NCBI GenBank assembly: GCA_017542055.1
Contig: JAFXXW010000023.1
Location: 22,839-86,838 of the forward strand
DNA: 64,000 nucleotides
Direction: 5' to 3'
Origin: Kiritimatiellia bacterium
GTDB taxonomy: Bacteria > Verrucomicrobiota > Kiritimatiellia > RFP12 > UBA1067
Positions 62,632 through 64,000 of the stretch are shown here, piece after piece. The position numbers were made by a program, and so were the translations under genes. Every line of letters begins with the position of its first letter. Position 1 is the stretch's first letter. The notes under the pieces are model-generated. The model ran no database searches. It was not told the DNA's origin and was given only the letters and a program-made list of their open reading frames with translations.

Positions 62632-62925
62632 TCAGGCCTCCTTGGCGGCCTTGGCGGCCATCTTGTTGAGCTTGAGCTGCGCGCGGCTCTTCTTGCGGTC
62701 GGCGGTATTCTTCTTGATGATACCCTTCTTCACCGCCTTGTCGAGACCCGAGACGAACTCTTTGAACTTCTTGTCCGCAGTTTCCTTCTCGCCCGCGTCG
62801 GCGGCCTTGAAGAGCTTCTTGTGCGAGTCATGAAGCTTCGCCTTCACGACGGAGTTCCGCTTGTTCGCCTTAGCATTCTGACGATCACGCTTCCTGGCGG
62901 CACGACCGCCCTTGATGTTTGCCAT
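62632..62925 (-). CDS. rpsT: 30S ribosomal protein S20
   Basis: MANIKGGRAARKRDRQNAKANKRN. 97 aa. Confidence 0.88.
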   Translation of the reverse strand: MANIKGGRAARKRDRQNAKANKRNSVVKAKLHDSHKKLFKAADAGEKETADKKFKEFVSGLDKAVKKGIIKKNTADRKKSRAQLKLNKMAAKAAKEA

Positions 62926-62960
62926 TTTGTTTTCTCCTTAGTTTGGAAATTTTTCATGAT

Positions 62961-62989
62961 ATTATATCATATTCCGCGCAGAAAATCAA
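62961..62989 (-). promoter_or_regulatory. Promoter of rpsT-pgk
   Basis: Minus strand reads TTGATT, a 17-bp spacer, TGATATAAT, then AAGGAGAA. Confidence 0.65.
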
Positions 62990-62998
62990 TAGGAAATA

Positions 62999-63568
62999 TC
63001 ATAAAAGATGTTGACCCCCGTCCACCGGCACCACGCAGCCGGACACGAAAGGCGTCTCCAGCAAAAAGCGCACGGCCGCAGCTACCGCCTCGGGAGTGGG
63101 CCGGCCGAAGGGAGTTGGGCCCGCCTTTTCGGCCACCCCCACCGGCGCCAGCACGGGACCCGGCGCCACCGCGTTGACCCGCGTTCCAGGGTGGTGGCGC
63201 AAGGTGAGATCAAGAAGCCGCGCCTTCGTTTCGAAGTAGGCGTCGACCTTGGCGGGATGGCGGGACAAAACGCGCGAATCGAGAATATTTACGATATTTG
63301 GCGCGATTTGCTCCTCGATTATCCGCTTGGGCGCGAGATAGTTGACGAGCATCATTTCCGCAGGCGAACCGGTGAAAATGGCCGCGTTGTTGACTACCGC
63401 GTCGAATTTGGGCAGCTCCCACCTCTGGCGAAAATCCACCAGATAATCGGCCGAGGCTTCGGGTCGGTGCGAGGTGGTGAAAACCTTCCAGCCCTTCTCC
63501 CGCAAATGCGACGCGATGGCGAGCCCCAGCCTTACCGTGCCGCCCGTAACGAGTACCGTGCCGCTCAT
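62999..63568 (-). CDS. Short-chain dehydrogenase/reductase-family protein (190 aa)
   Basis: Real start MSGTVLVTGGTVRLG at residue 136 of the track ORF. ATGA overlap with the upstream gene. Confidence 0.65.
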   Translation of the reverse strand: MSGTVLVTGGTVRLGLAIASHLREKGWKVFTTSHRPEASADYLVDFRQRWELPKFDAVVNNAAIFTGSPAEMMLVNYLAPKRIIEEQIAPNIVNILDSRVLSRHPAKVDAYFETKARLLDLTLRHHPGTRVNAVAPGPVLAPVGVAEKAGPTPFGRPTPEAVAAAVRFLLETPFVSGCVVPVDGGQHLL

Positions 63569-63993
63569 ACCGCCAACATCCCCAGCGCGTGAGTTACCGC
63601 CTGCTCCCGGATGGCCGCGCGGTCGCCCGCGAAAATGGCCTTTTCGGTGCGCACCCCGTTCCGGTCCGCGAGACCGAACCACACGAGACCCACCGGCTTC
63701 TCGTCCGTGCCGCCTCCGGGTCCCGCGATACCGGTCACGCTGACGGCGAGATCCGTCCCCAACAGCCGCCTCGCGCCCAGCGCCATTTCGGCCGCGCATT
63801 CGGACGATACCGCCCCCGCGCCCGCCAACGTCACGGCGCGCACCCCCAGGATGTGCTGTTTGACGGAATTGTCGTAGCTCGTCACCCCGCCATAATAGAC
63901 TTCGCTCGCGCCCGGCACCGAAGTGATGGCCGCGCCCACCATGCCGCCGGTGCAGCTTTCGGCCGTCGCACACGTGAGATTCTGCGCCTTCAA
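63565..63993 (-). CDS. pncC: CinA C-terminal domain protein / NMN amidohydrolase PncC-like
   Basis: LTCATAESCTGG motif. 142 aa. Start lies close to the window end. Confidence 0.75.
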   Translation of the reverse strand: MKAQNLTCATAESCTGGMVGAAITSVPGASEVYYGGVTSYDNSVKQHILGVRAVTLAGAGAVSSECAAEMALGARRLLGTDLAVSVTGIAGPGGGTDEKPVGLVWFGLADRNGVRTEKAIFAGDRAAIREQAVTHALGMLAV

Positions 63994-64000
63994 AAACGCC

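Overview
High-GC (about 60%) bacterial chromosomal segment in which every gene I can support (about 58 CDS and one tRNA-Leu) is on the minus strand. The long plus-strand ORFs in the track look like GC-driven shadow ORFs. Genes are tightly packed, and many neighbours are joined by ATGA or TGATG stop/start overlaps, forming long polycistrons.

Housekeeping content:
- ribE(partial)-ribD-nusB follow a 1274-aa GH13+GH133 glycogen-debranching-type fusion.
- holB sits next to a sugar-transferase::tmk fusion, then xseA, ftsW, a LysM lipoprotein, a short murD and gyrB.
- A sbp-argS-dnaG-moxR-DUF58-DUF4381-batA operon.
- lpxI-lpxB-secA-ispD, rfbA, recO, mtaB, a GH20 hexosaminidase, cysE, a metX-metW fusion and a pyrB-like gene.
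- tRNA-Leu(TAG), dnaJ-grpE-argG, pgk and rpsT.

Accessory content at 14.7-22.7 kb:
- An MGE-like three-gene operon: an AAA+/DUF4143 ATPase with a PD-(D/E)xK tail, a hypothetical protein, and a DnaB-N/AAA_25 helicase.
- That operon is driven by a TTGACA-TATAAT promoter with three 11-bp direct repeats in its leader, and is followed by an AT-rich region with palindromes and iteron-like repeats.
- Two SHOCT lipoprotein paralogues, a HepT/MNT toxin-antitoxin pair behind tandem promoters, and a GT8 glycosyltransferase.
- Elsewhere: a DUF433/DUF5615 TA cassette flanked by roughly 95%-identical 130-bp direct repeats, a secreted serpin, and a 2335-aa LamG-containing surface protein with a consensus promoter and SD.

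A conserved promoter family (TTGnnn, 17-18 bp spacer ending CGGAATATGA, then TATAAT) occurs at least 11 times. Two of these sit 7-8 nt from the start codon, implying leaderless mRNAs. No rRNA, CRISPR, integrase or transposase was seen. A PVC/Lentisphaerae-like lineage is only a low-confidence guess.
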